Part shown: positions 37,383-46,385 of the stretch, in pieces | Layout: every line of letters starts with the position of its first letter | How positions within the stretch are numbered: position 1 is the first letter of the stretch | Assembly (NCBI GenBank): GCA_964472875.1 | Contig: CAYYMD010000005.1 | Coordinates: 7,670 to 71,669 of the forward strand | From: an uncultured Planctomycetaceae bacterium | Lineage (GTDB): Bacteria; Planctomycetota; Phycisphaerae; SM23-33 | Reading direction: 5' to 3' | DNA: 64,000 nucleotides | Notes under the pieces: generated by a model | Seen by the model: only the letters and a program-made list of their open reading frames with translations | What the model was told of the DNA's origin: nothing | Database searches by the model: none | Translations under genes and position numbers: made by a program

Positions 37383-38189
37383 TTATTTTCCTTCAAAATG
37401 AGACAGATCAATCTTCCCCTCCCCCAGAACGGGAAGTTTACCGACTTGGCATTTATATTTCCATGCCTGATTGCGCATCGGTCTAATCAATCCTATAGAA
37501 TTGGGGCGAACCAGCAGGACCGCAACGCCTTTGCGCCTCTTCGCCGTACGGGAGAACACTTTAGCCAGTTCGGAAGAGTTTCCTATATCTTTCTGGTGAA
37601 TACGTACCGGCGGATCGCTGCTGTGGATTATAACATGGGGGTTGTCGAGTTCTATAAAAGCCGGCTGCATATTAACCCCGGAGCCGCTGGCGCGTATGCT
37701 GACACGCGGTTTCCTCAAAGATTGCTTTTCCTCCAGTTGCTGTTTGAGTTGCTTAATTTTCTCCTGCTGTTTGTGATATTGCTGCTGAAATGTTTGGATT
37801 CTCAGTTTCAGTCTTTCGGCTTCTTCCAGGCGCTTGGCTACTTCGCCGCTTTGCCTTTTAATTCTTTTCAACCGAACCTGTAACTGCTCAAGTTGTTGGC
37901 GATTCTTATTTAACTGATCGTTCAGTTTTTGGGCTTCATCGATTCGTTTTTGCAGTTGAGCAATCTGGTCGCTACGCTCCTTGTCGGAGCGGACCAACTG
38001 CGCATATCGTTGGGCCCGCTTTTTTGCCTCGACCAGTTCTCGCTCCGCTTTGGCTACCGCCTGCGGGTCCAATTGCCCCAGGGCCATAGCCGTGATCATC
38101 AATGTCAGAGTGCCTATTACACACGCCAGGATGCTCAGGAACGGAAACAGGGAAACGATATTCGCATTTTTACGCTTTCGACGGGCCAT
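37383..38189 (-). CDS. ExbD/TolR-like membrane protein with long coiled-coil spacer (paralog A; TM Asp replaced by Pro)
   Basis: 268 aa. The N-terminus is MARRKRKNANIVSLFPFLSILACVIGTLTLMI, a basic patch plus TM aligned to paralog B, with Pro where the Asp sits. About 140 aa of coiled coil follow. The C-terminal domain shares VIIHSSD / AWKYKCQVGKLP with paralog B. Confidence 0.45.
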   Translation of the reverse strand: MARRKRKNANIVSLFPFLSILACVIGTLTLMITAMALGQLDPQAVAKAERELVEAKKRAQRYAQLVRSDKERSDQIAQLQKRIDEAQKLNDQLNKNRQQLEQLQVRLKRIKRQSGEVAKRLEEAERLKLRIQTFQQQYHKQQEKIKQLKQQLEEKQSLRKPRVSIRASGSGVNMQPAFIELDNPHVIIHSSDPPVRIHQKDIGNSSELAKVFSRTAKRRKGVAVLLVRPNSIGLIRPMRNQAWKYKCQVGKLPVLGEGKIDLSHFEGK

Positions 38190-39561
38190 TACCTTTGTTT
38201 TTCTTCCTCAGAGCGCCCCAGTTGAATAAACCGCGCTTCCGCACCTCCACGACGACATGTTCATGCCCGAGTTTTTCCAGCACCCGGTTCAGCGATGCCA
38301 TCCCCTCTTCCAGGCCGGTGAAGCAGCGATGAATTCTATCCGTCGTTTCAGTCAGCGACTGACTTAATTCGGTGTGCGCAGACTTCGAGCGTTCGCTGAT
38401 GGTCTCCATATTCGCGGCTGCTTCCTGCCCGACAACCTCGGCTTGTTCATGTATCGTTTGGGCGATATGCTCCATCTGGGCGATTTGAGACTCATGAAGT
38501 TCGGTAACTTTTTCCTGCACTTGTCTGATTTCGGAGTAAACTTCCGGTGCAAGTTGCCCCGTGGCCGAGGCACCGCCACCACCGTCGTCCAGCCGTTTAA
38601 GCAGGTTTTCGTTGCAGTACTCATCGACCCAATTGAGCAGGTCGTCCTCGCTCTTTTGCAGTGCGTGGGAGGGTATGGCGATTATCAGACTCATCACCAG
38701 CGCCACAAGCGTGGTGTCGAATGCGATGCCGAGCCCGGTTGTTACAGTGCCGAGTTTCGCCTTGAGGTCTTCGATGTCGGCGCCGGAATCCAGTTCACCG
38801 CTGAATCCGCCAACCGCGGCGCTGATGCCGATTACCGTACCAATAAACCCCAGAATAGGAATCGCCCACGTGAAAACGCGCACAAGCGTGTAACTGGACT
38901 CAACGGCATTGGCGTCAATATCAGACTGACTGTTCATCAGCGAGGCAACCTCACCGTTATTTCGACGAGCCGTGAAATGCTCCAGGCCACGAAGTACACG
39001 GTTTATCATGAAACTTCCGGAAGCCCGCACGGGCAACTTTCTGACGTGAGAGATGAACTTCTCGGCGTTGTGAGCAGTTATGGTGTCGGCTATTATATTG
39101 GGCAGGACATCGAACAGCATTACGTCGCGATGTCGTCGATGACGCAGCCATTTAAGCACAAGTATCGCTACCGACCATCCGAATAGAAGAACCAGCACGA
39201 ACGGAACCCACCCGCGCCGCCAGAACAAGTCGTGGAAATAAGTTCCTTTAAAGGGCAGGATAACCACCATGAACGCTGCGGCGATTATCAAGCCAACTAT
39301 AAAACTTCGAAGCGGGCTTACATTAACGCCCGTGCCGCCGAGTTCCGCCACGGCTTTACTGGCTACCTTTTTTGAAGTCTTAGCGGATATTTTCTCCGAG
39401 GTTGTTTCCGCGGGCCTGGCCGTGGGAATCGTCGCTTTAGATTGACAAGGAATTATTACCGTATTCTTACAGTATGGACAACGTGCTTTTTTACCCCTTT
39501 TGTCCTCTTGTGCCCGAAGATCTTTGCCACAGTGTTCACATGTGAATTTAAAGTAATTCAT
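38170..39561 (-). CDS. MotA/TolQ/ExbB-family proton-channel protein with N-terminal zinc ribbon and C-terminal coiled-coil tail
   Basis: 463 aa. N-terminal CxxC-x16-CxxC (CEHCGK ... CPYCKN). There are four TM helices in MotA topology: two N-terminal, then a cytoplasmic loop, then TM3/TM4 carrying the PF01618-type signature ILGFIGTVIGISAAVGG ... GLGIAFDTTLVALVMSLIIAIP. The C-terminal ~130 aa are coiled coil. It overlaps paralog A by 20 nt. Confidence 0.6.
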   Translation of the reverse strand: MNYFKFTCEHCGKDLRAQEDKRGKKARCPYCKNTVIIPCQSKATIPTARPAETTSEKISAKTSKKVASKAVAELGGTGVNVSPLRSFIVGLIIAAAFMVVILPFKGTYFHDLFWRRGWVPFVLVLLFGWSVAILVLKWLRHRRHRDVMLFDVLPNIIADTITAHNAEKFISHVRKLPVRASGSFMINRVLRGLEHFTARRNNGEVASLMNSQSDIDANAVESSYTLVRVFTWAIPILGFIGTVIGISAAVGGFSGELDSGADIEDLKAKLGTVTTGLGIAFDTTLVALVMSLIIAIPSHALQKSEDDLLNWVDEYCNENLLKRLDDGGGGASATGQLAPEVYSEIRQVQEKVTELHESQIAQMEHIAQTIHEQAEVVGQEAAANMETISERSKSAHTELSQSLTETTDRIHRCFTGLEEGMASLNRVLEKLGHEHVVVEVRKRGLFNWGALRKKNKGNGPSKA

Positions 39562-40174
39562 TTTATTGACAACTTCTCCAATTTTTATCGGTCAACTTTA
39601 CTCATTGACTCATTGATTATAGCAACAACCACCACCTTTGAAAATGGGTTTCAGTGTAAGAGAGGTTTGCTTTGTAAGGATTTTTGCGGGGCCGTGGTGG
39701 TTGAAGGACACGGATTGAGGCGATCCGGCAAGGTGCGGCAGAATGAAAACACCGTTCTAAAGCGGAATTTGCTCCACACAACAGATCAACGGCTCATCGT
39801 GAGGGCTTTGACGGCCTGATAGCGCAGAGTTCCCCCGCAGGGACACATAAACGCCATAGATTTTCGGCTCCGGCGCCCCCCCTAAGCCACCTTCACCAGA
39901 GACCGAAGGTGCGGCTTTTGCTTCTCCCTGATACGGCCCAAGGCCATCGCCAGCATCACCAGCAGCGACAGACCGATCCGAAGACGCATCTTGGCCAGCC
40001 CACGAATAAAGTGATCCTCGAACCCAAAAGACACATCCGGTCCCCTCTTAAGCTTCATCCCGCACCGGATTTGAGCGGTGCGGGACTTCGGTGGACATGT
40101 TATATTGATTAAAACCTCTAACAATATGCTACTGACTTCGTTCGGCTGCATCGCCGAGGCGCTGCGTCGAACAG

Positions 40175-41578
40175 CTAATGGGTCGCTATTTTGAAATACT
40201 TTTTACATCGGCCTACGACATCCGGCTTTTTCTTGGCCAAATCATTTTTTTCGGCGATATCGTTTTCAAGGTCATACAGTGCGAATCCGCGTTTGCCGCA
40301 TCGGTGCAGTTTCCACTTACCGACCCGAATCACCCGTTTCCAGTAAAGGTACTCGTGCTTTTTTTGTTGGTCTGTGCGGCCCAGCAGTTCGGGCGAATAA
40401 CTGATTCCGTCTATATCCGAGGGCGGTTCGACCCCAGCCAGTTCGCAGGCCGTCGGCAAGAAATCCCAGAACGCGCTGGGATGATCGCTGGTACGGCCGG
40501 GATCGATCCTGCTGGGCCAGCGGGCGATGGTGGGCACGCGGATGCCTCCTTCTCGCAAAGACCGCTTTCCTCCTGAAAGCGGCCCGTTGCTGTTGAAAAA
40601 CTTCATAGACTGCCCGCCTTCGCCCGACGGGCCATTATCACTACTGAATATAACCAACGTGTTCTCGCTGAGATTCAGTTCATCCAGCAAGTCCAGTATG
40701 CGCCCGATATCGCGGTCCATCCGCGATATCATTCCGGCATATGTAGCGTTCGGGTGGCTCTGCCCGCAGTAGCCATTCTTGTATTGGCTACCGTAAGCGC
40801 CGCCGCCAGTATTTCCCTTGCCCTCGATTTTGGGCGTCTCCGGCCAGCCATTCTCCAGGTAGGGCTTCAAGGAATCTTGCGGCACAGTCAGTTCCGCATG
40901 TGGAATCGTGTAGGGCAAATAGAGAAAAAACGGATGGTCCTTGTTCTTTTTTATCCAGCCAAGTGCCTCTTTTGTAAATTCGTCGTGGCTGTAGGTCCCC
41001 TTGCCCGGGATGTATTCTCCGTTTTTCCGCAGTTTGTGATTTTCCGGGTATTTGACCTTTTTGTCGTTGCGCCACAGGAAACCCGGATAGTAAAAGTGCG
41101 CGAAGCCCTGGTTGTCGTATCCGAACCAGTGGTCGAAACCCTTGTTGTTGGGACTGCCCGGGTGTCCCGGCCGGCCGAGCAATCCCCATTTGCCTATCAT
41201 GCAGGTTTTGTATCCCGCCTGTTTCATGAGCATGGCGACCGTAACGTCTTGATTTTTCAAGCGGCCGCCGTTACGGGTTACTCTTGCGTGTCCCATATGC
41301 TTGCCGGTCATTAGGGAGCAGCGCGAGGGCGAACAGACCGTGTACCCGGCGTAATGATCTGTGAACCGCAGTCCCTCGGCGGCCATTTTGTCCAAGCGCG
41401 GAGTTTTAATCCTCTTCTGGCCGTAGCAGCCGAGGTCGCCGTAGCCAAGGTCGTCCGCCAGGATAAATACTATGTTGGGGCGGCGAGGGGACTTCTCGCC
41501 TGACACGGCGCGGGCCAGCGCCGGGATCGCGGCGCATGCAGTCATGCTCTTTAGAAATTCTCTGCGGTTTTTAATCAT
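40175..41578 (-). CDS. Sulfatase (formylglycine-dependent, Cys-type) with twin-arginine signal
   Basis: The Tat motif RREFLK is present. The sulfatase signature is CSPSRCSLMTGKHMGHARV (C-x-P-x-R). The N-terminal metal-binding region is IVFILADDLGYGDLGCYG. Confidence 0.85.
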   Translation of the reverse strand: MIKNRREFLKSMTACAAIPALARAVSGEKSPRRPNIVFILADDLGYGDLGCYGQKRIKTPRLDKMAAEGLRFTDHYAGYTVCSPSRCSLMTGKHMGHARVTRNGGRLKNQDVTVAMLMKQAGYKTCMIGKWGLLGRPGHPGSPNNKGFDHWFGYDNQGFAHFYYPGFLWRNDKKVKYPENHKLRKNGEYIPGKGTYSHDEFTKEALGWIKKNKDHPFFLYLPYTIPHAELTVPQDSLKPYLENGWPETPKIEGKGNTGGGAYGSQYKNGYCGQSHPNATYAGMISRMDRDIGRILDLLDELNLSENTLVIFSSDNGPSGEGGQSMKFFNSNGPLSGGKRSLREGGIRVPTIARWPSRIDPGRTSDHPSAFWDFLPTACELAGVEPPSDIDGISYSPELLGRTDQQKKHEYLYWKRVIRVGKWKLHRCGKRGFALYDLENDIAEKNDLAKKKPDVVGRCKKYFKIATH

Positions 41579-41858
41579 GGCAAATCCTTTACCTCGTTTT
41601 GCAGCAAAAAAGATTCTCTCTCATTATTCCCAACCGATAAATACGGCCGACGTTTCGGATGATCATATCCCAAATAAGTGGCGAAAGAAATCTTCTGTCA
41701 TAAAAGGACAATGACATGCTTGCGGTACAGTAAGAAGAACAGGACCGACTGACTCCATAGCGAGATCCGCCTTCAGTCTCGGCTTGTGCTTTGTTCCACA
41801 CCGGCCCGCACACACCATGGCTCCGGAAAAATTGTCATAAAGCAACCCGTCCCGCACA

Positions 41859-43079
41859 CTACTTACTTTTCAATTCCCTCGCTTTGGCCAGGGCCTCCCG
41901 GCGTGTGGTGAGTTGTTCGTTGAGTTGTGCGTCGTAGAGTTTTCTAAGCACCCGGCCGAGGCGCGGCCCCTGTTTGTAGCCCATTTTCATCAGGTCCCGG
42001 CCGGTCACTAAAGGCGGCGGCGCGATTTTGTCTTCGGGGATTTTCCCCGCCCGGGCGGCTATGCGGCGGCACTGCGTGTCGGAGCCGGTGAGGCGCTCTT
42101 CCTCCACGCGCCACAGGGCATGCAGGCGACGGTAATCCTCATCGGCAAGGATGCGCTTGAAATCGCACAGCGGCAACTCGGCCGCTTCGCGCCATGCATC
42201 GAGTTTGTCGGCCAGTTTGCACAGCGTCGCGCGCAGCCGGTTAGACCCGCCCCAGCGGCGGATAATTTTGCTCACCTGCGACTGCGACAGCCCCGCCAGC
42301 AGGCCGCCGAGCGTCAGCACCCAGTCGCGCCTGCGGCAAAGCGCTTCGGCCCGGGCGAACCCGTCGCGCCACAAATCCTTTGACGAGAACAGTTCCGGCA
42401 AAACTGCGCCGGCGAGGTTGAGTTTGTTCAGCATCTCCAGCGCCACTGCCGCCGACTCTCGCGCGAGCATGCTGCTCATCTCATCCAGTATGCGCTCGCC
42501 GCTGATTGAGGTGATTTTCGGTGCGTGTTTTTTGATGGCAGCGGCTGTGGTCGGTGCGATTTTAAACTCCAGCCGAGCCGCGAACCGTACAGCCCGCATC
42601 ATCCGCAGGTAATCCTCGCCGAAGCGCTCGTCAGGCGCTCCGATGGTTCGGATGACGCCCTTTTTCAAATCCTCCCGACCGCCGACGTAATCCACCACCT
42701 TATCGGCCAGCGGGTCGTAGAACATGCCGTTTATGGTGAAGTCCCGCCGCTTGGCGTCTTCCTTTGCGGAGGTGAATCGGACGCCGGCCGGCCGCCGCCC
42801 GTTGCTGTATGACATATCGCTGCGGAAGGTGGTGACCTCGACCTTGCGGCCGCGCATAAGAACCATCGCCACGCCGAATTTTGCGCCGACCATCAGCACG
42901 CGGCGGAATATCCGCTGCACCTGCTGCGGCGTGGCGTCGGTGGCGATGTCGTAGTCCTCGGCCCTGCCGCCCAGCAGCATGTCCCTTACGCATCCGCCGG
43001 CGAAGTAGGCCTGATGTCCGGCGGAGTGCAGTTTGCGCAGAACGCGGACGGCGGTTTTTTTATCGGCGGATTCAGCCAC
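41859..43079 (-). CDS. tRNA nucleotidyltransferase (CCA-adding)/poly(A) polymerase family protein
   Basis: The head-domain motif is GHQAYFAGGCVRDMLLGGRAEDYDIAT (the GG...DxD nucleotidyltransferase motif). The class II body shows RRDFTINGMFYD. CCA-adding and poly(A) polymerase activity cannot be distinguished from sequence alone. Confidence 0.7.
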   Translation of the reverse strand: MAESADKKTAVRVLRKLHSAGHQAYFAGGCVRDMLLGGRAEDYDIATDATPQQVQRIFRRVLMVGAKFGVAMVLMRGRKVEVTTFRSDMSYSNGRRPAGVRFTSAKEDAKRRDFTINGMFYDPLADKVVDYVGGREDLKKGVIRTIGAPDERFGEDYLRMMRAVRFAARLEFKIAPTTAAAIKKHAPKITSISGERILDEMSSMLARESAAVALEMLNKLNLAGAVLPELFSSKDLWRDGFARAEALCRRRDWVLTLGGLLAGLSQSQVSKIIRRWGGSNRLRATLCKLADKLDAWREAAELPLCDFKRILADEDYRRLHALWRVEEERLTGSDTQCRRIAARAGKIPEDKIAPPPLVTGRDLMKMGYKQGPRLGRVLRKLYDAQLNEQLTTRREALAKARELKSK

Positions 43080-43228
43080 GGCGGCATTTTAACGCCGAAG
43101 CGGCCGTAAAATAAGCGCAATTTGCTGTTCCATCGCGAAAGGCGGATTAAAATCGCGAACTTGTCATTATGAGCGGCTACATAAACTTCTTGCCACGGGT
43201 CGGCACATGAGTTCAAAATATTTGGGTT

Positions 43229-44536
43229 ATGCCACGAAGAGAATCAAAATCACGAGCGGCGTTCGACCGATCCGAGAAGGTTCTGGTCGGCGGGGTGAAT
43301 TCACCCGTCCGCGCCTACGGTGCGGTGGGCGGCACGCCACCGGTCATTGACCGGGCGGTCGGCGCCTCTATAACGGATGTGGACGGCAACACATACGTGG
43401 ATTACGTATGCGGTTACGGTCCGGCCATACTCGGCCACGCGCACGAGCGGGTGGTAACGGCCATCAACAAGGCGGTCCGCAAAGGCGTGGTTTTCGGCGC
43501 TCCGTGCGTGGCCGAGACAAAACTCGCCGAGGCAATAGTCGCGGCCGTGGATTCCATCGAAAACGTGCGGTTCGTCTCGTCCGGAACCGAAGCGGTGATG
43601 TCTGCGGTCCGGCTGGCGCGAGCTGCCACAGGACGCGATAAGATAATTAAGGCGGTGGGCTGTTATCACGGCCACTCCGACGCGATGCTGGTCTCTGCCG
43701 GCAGCGGCGCGGCCACTCTGGGTGTTCCGTCCAGCCCGGGTGTCACATGCGGCGCGGCGGCCGACACAATAGCAGTCGGCTACAACGACCTGGATGCGGC
43801 GCGGCAGACTTTCAGCCACTACGGGGATGAAATCGCCGCCGTCCTGGTGGAACCTGTGGCCGGCAACATGGGCGTCATACCTCCGGCCGAAGGATACCTC
43901 GAAGGTCTGCGGCAGCTTTGCGACGAGCATTCCGCGCTGCTGATTTTCGACGAGGTTATAACGGGTTTCAGGGTCTCTTACGGCGGCGCGCAGAAATTGT
44001 ACGGCGTAAGGCCGGATCTGACGACCCTCGGCAAAATAATCGGCGGCGGCCTGCCCGTGGGCGCACTGGGCGGCCCGAAAGACCTCATGAAAGAACTGAT
44101 GCCGCTCGGCAAGGTTTACCAGGCCGGCACGCTATCCGGCTCGCCGGCGGCGATGGCCGCCGGACTGGCCGTGCTGCAGGTATTGCAGGAGAAGGGATTT
44201 TACAACCGGCTGGAGAAGATTTCGGCCGCCGTTCAGGACGCCCTGGAGCAGGCGGCGGTCGGTGCAGATGTCGACTCGAAGATATGCATAAACCGCGTGG
44301 CGAGCATGATGTGCTGCTTCTTCAATCCCGGACCAGTCAGAGATTTCGCCTCGGCCGGCCGGTCCAACACAGATGCCTACGCCTCGTATATGCACAAGAT
44401 GCTCGCCGGCGGCGTTTACCTGGCGCCGAGCCAGTACGAGGCAATGTTCGTATCCGCCGCGCACGGCCCGGACGACGTGTCCAAAACACAACAGGCGGCC
44501 GAAGCCGCTTTCGCCGACGTAGCTAAACTTATGTAG
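43229..44536 (+). CDS. hemL: Glutamate-1-semialdehyde 2,1-aminomutase
   Basis: Class III aminotransferase with a typical HemL N-terminus (SEKVLVGGVNSPVRAYGAVGG) and a PLP-lysine region (TLGKIIGGGLPVGA). Confidence 0.9.
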   Translation: MPRRESKSRAAFDRSEKVLVGGVNSPVRAYGAVGGTPPVIDRAVGASITDVDGNTYVDYVCGYGPAILGHAHERVVTAINKAVRKGVVFGAPCVAETKLAEAIVAAVDSIENVRFVSSGTEAVMSAVRLARAATGRDKIIKAVGCYHGHSDAMLVSAGSGAATLGVPSSPGVTCGAAADTIAVGYNDLDAARQTFSHYGDEIAAVLVEPVAGNMGVIPPAEGYLEGLRQLCDEHSALLIFDEVITGFRVSYGGAQKLYGVRPDLTTLGKIIGGGLPVGALGGPKDLMKELMPLGKVYQAGTLSGSPAAMAAGLAVLQVLQEKGFYNRLEKISAAVQDALEQAAVGADVDSKICINRVASMMCCFFNPGPVRDFASAGRSNTDAYASYMHKMLAGGVYLAPSQYEAMFVSAAHGPDDVSKTQQAAEAAFADVAKLM

Positions 44537-44641
44537 AACACCCGTGTACGTCGATAAATATATGCGTAATACGGCTGCGAAACCGTTCAAAATAGATGTA
44601 TAAGAACAATTCAAACGACAGCCCTTTTACAGGAGCAAATT

Positions 44642-45325
44642 ATGGAACAGCCGGACTCACAGGCAATGGAATATGCGGCGGCGTTTAAGACAATCAGATG
44701 CGCCAAGAATTTGTTCATTTTTCTGGTTCTGGCGGCGATAGTGGTTCAGCTGGCCAGCTTCGTCATGGTGGAATTCGTCGGCGTGGCGGATGAGATGTAT
44801 GCGGCGAGTACTGCCGGCGGCGTGGAAACGAAGCCCGCCGAAGCAAGCCCAAACGGCTGGGTCGAGCTGATGCACTGGTTGCTGCCGGGAGTGAAATTCG
44901 TGGCAGTGGTGGCGGCCGCGATTCTGTCGCTGACTCTGCTGGTGGGTTTGAAGATATCGCTGGTAGGCCGCCTGGGCGGAGCGGCCGGGCTGGTAAGCGC
45001 GTTTTTCTGGTCTCTTATCCTGCTGGCAATGGTCACACCCTGGCAGAAGGTGCTCAACAGTAGTTTCGCGTGCGGCGCGCTGTATAACTATGGCCATCTC
45101 GCCGGCGAGGCCGCGAAGATAAAGCCCTCCTGGGGCGCTGCCGGCGTTGGCCTTGTGGACAAAATTCTCTACTACGCGCGGTTTATCGCCTATCCGGTGT
45201 TGGCCGTTTTCGTTCTGCTGATAGTGCAGGTAAAGTGGAGTCGCGGATTCTCGCAGATGATATCCCCGCCCAAGCAACAGCCGCAGCGGCCGAGCGAACC
45301 GCCCGCCGAACAGCCGGAACAATAA
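44642..45325 (+). CDS. Hypothetical polytopic membrane protein with Pro/Gln-rich C-terminus
   Basis: 227 aa with 4-5 predicted TM helices. No family was recognised. Confidence 0.4.
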   Translation: MEQPDSQAMEYAAAFKTIRCAKNLFIFLVLAAIVVQLASFVMVEFVGVADEMYAASTAGGVETKPAEASPNGWVELMHWLLPGVKFVAVVAAAILSLTLLVGLKISLVGRLGGAAGLVSAFFWSLILLAMVTPWQKVLNSSFACGALYNYGHLAGEAAKIKPSWGAAGVGLVDKILYYARFIAYPVLAVFVLLIVQVKWSRGFSQMISPPKQQPQRPSEPPAEQPEQ

Positions 45326-45380
45326 ACTTATATGCAAAGCAAATTATGAACGACGACGCCGGAACGCCGCCGCGCCATTA

Positions 45381-45412
45381 AAAAAAGCCCACGGTATTGC
45401 CGTGGGCTTTAA
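45381..45412. terminator. Bidirectional rho-independent terminator between convergent genes
   Basis: AAAAA-AGCCCACGG-TATTG-CCGTGGGCT-TTT has a perfect 9-bp GC-rich stem flanked by an A-tract and a T-tract. It lies between the 3' ends of the 44642-45325 (+) and 45434-46165 (-) genes. Confidence 0.55.
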
Positions 45413-45433
45413 TCCCGAAACCTATCCGAATAT

Positions 45434-46165
45434 TTACGTTCTGCGCTTGCGCAGCAGAGTGATTAAGCCCCCGCCCAACAGCAGCGCAAAGGCAGCCGGC
45501 TCGGGAACAAACTCGAAATCGTCGAAGTAGGCGTCGATTTCTACATCCATTTCGTCGCCCTGGTTTTGACCACCCGGCTCGCCGCTGTTGCGTAAGCAGT
45601 TGGTCAGCGCAGTGATGGTGAACTTGTAATCTTCGATGTTATCAATAACGTTCTGGTCAGTAATATTGATCTCGTACATTTTGAAAGCGTCATCATTGAT
45701 TGAGACCTCATTTATGTCTTCGATGCTACTGTCCGTTTTCTTCTCCCATGTGAGAGTAACGGAAATCTGTCTGGCAGTTGGCGTTTCTGCTATACCGTCT
45801 CTTTTGTAAACCGATGACGCTTTAAATCTCAGCTTCGTTGTGTCCTCGGGCGCTTCGAGCATTACGCCGCTTTCCGGCTGAATAAGCGTAACGGTGGCTA
45901 CGTCAATTGTGCTGGGGAGCACCCACTCGCTGCCGTTCCAATTGTATTTAATTTCAGTGTCAGCGTGGAAAGTATCAGAGTTATCGGAATAGTCCACGAT
46001 TTCGTGTGAAGCTAATCCGGCACCAAATTCTGAATCACTGACATCCCAGTTTGCTGTACTGCCGCCTCCTGTAGAAAAGTCCCCGTTAATGATGTCCGCA
46101 CGCGCGTAGCTGCACGCCATTACGATAATCGTCGTCGCCAATGTCCTCAATGTTTTCGCCTTCAT
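45434..46165 (-). CDS. PEP-CTERM sorting-domain protein (exosortase substrate)
   Basis: Signal peptide (MKAKTLRTLATTIIVMACSYARA), a secreted Asp/Ser/Thr-rich domain, and the C-terminal motif VPEPAAFALLLGGGLITLLRKRRT (PEP plus TM plus basic tail). The start is placed at the internal Met. Confidence 0.6.
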   Translation of the reverse strand: MKAKTLRTLATTIIVMACSYARADIINGDFSTGGGSTANWDVSDSEFGAGLASHEIVDYSDNSDTFHADTEIKYNWNGSEWVLPSTIDVATVTLIQPESGVMLEAPEDTTKLRFKASSVYKRDGIAETPTARQISVTLTWEKKTDSSIEDINEVSINDDAFKMYEINITDQNVIDNIEDYKFTITALTNCLRNSGEPGGQNQGDEMDVEIDAYFDDFEFVPEPAAFALLLGGGLITLLRKRRT

Positions 46166-46385
46166 GATTCGGCCCTCGATTTTACGTCTATACTGTCCGG
46201 GCACACTGCGCCGCCCGGAATGACGCGAGCATTTTTTTCAATCGAGCTGCCTCACATAAGCTTCAAGACGTGAATTACATCGTCACATCCATTTCCTCCC
46301 GGCTAATTTATCTTACCTCGGAAATGTGTTTTCACAAAGCACAAAATGCCGGTTGCCGTAAAAAATTACGCATTCGCGCGTAATT

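Noticed and set aside
38374-39186. 270-aa plus-strand ORF
   Set aside because: It is antisense to the zinc-ribbon-MotA-like gene, whose TM topology and PF01618-type signature are on the minus strand.
40058-40085. Strong hairpin (10-bp stem TCCCGCACCG / CGGTGCGGGA, 8-nt loop) about 90 nt beyond the sulfatase 3' end, considered as a terminator
   Set aside because: No U/T-tract follows on either strand, so it does not fit an intrinsic-terminator model. It also overlaps the doubtful 89-aa ORF 39882-40151. It is left as an unexplained structural element.
39882-40151. 89-aa minus-strand ORF between the sulfatase and the stator-like operon
   Set aside because: It has one possible TM helix but no recognisable family. 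It spans the strong hairpin and sits in a compositionally mixed region. There is not enough evidence to call it a gene.
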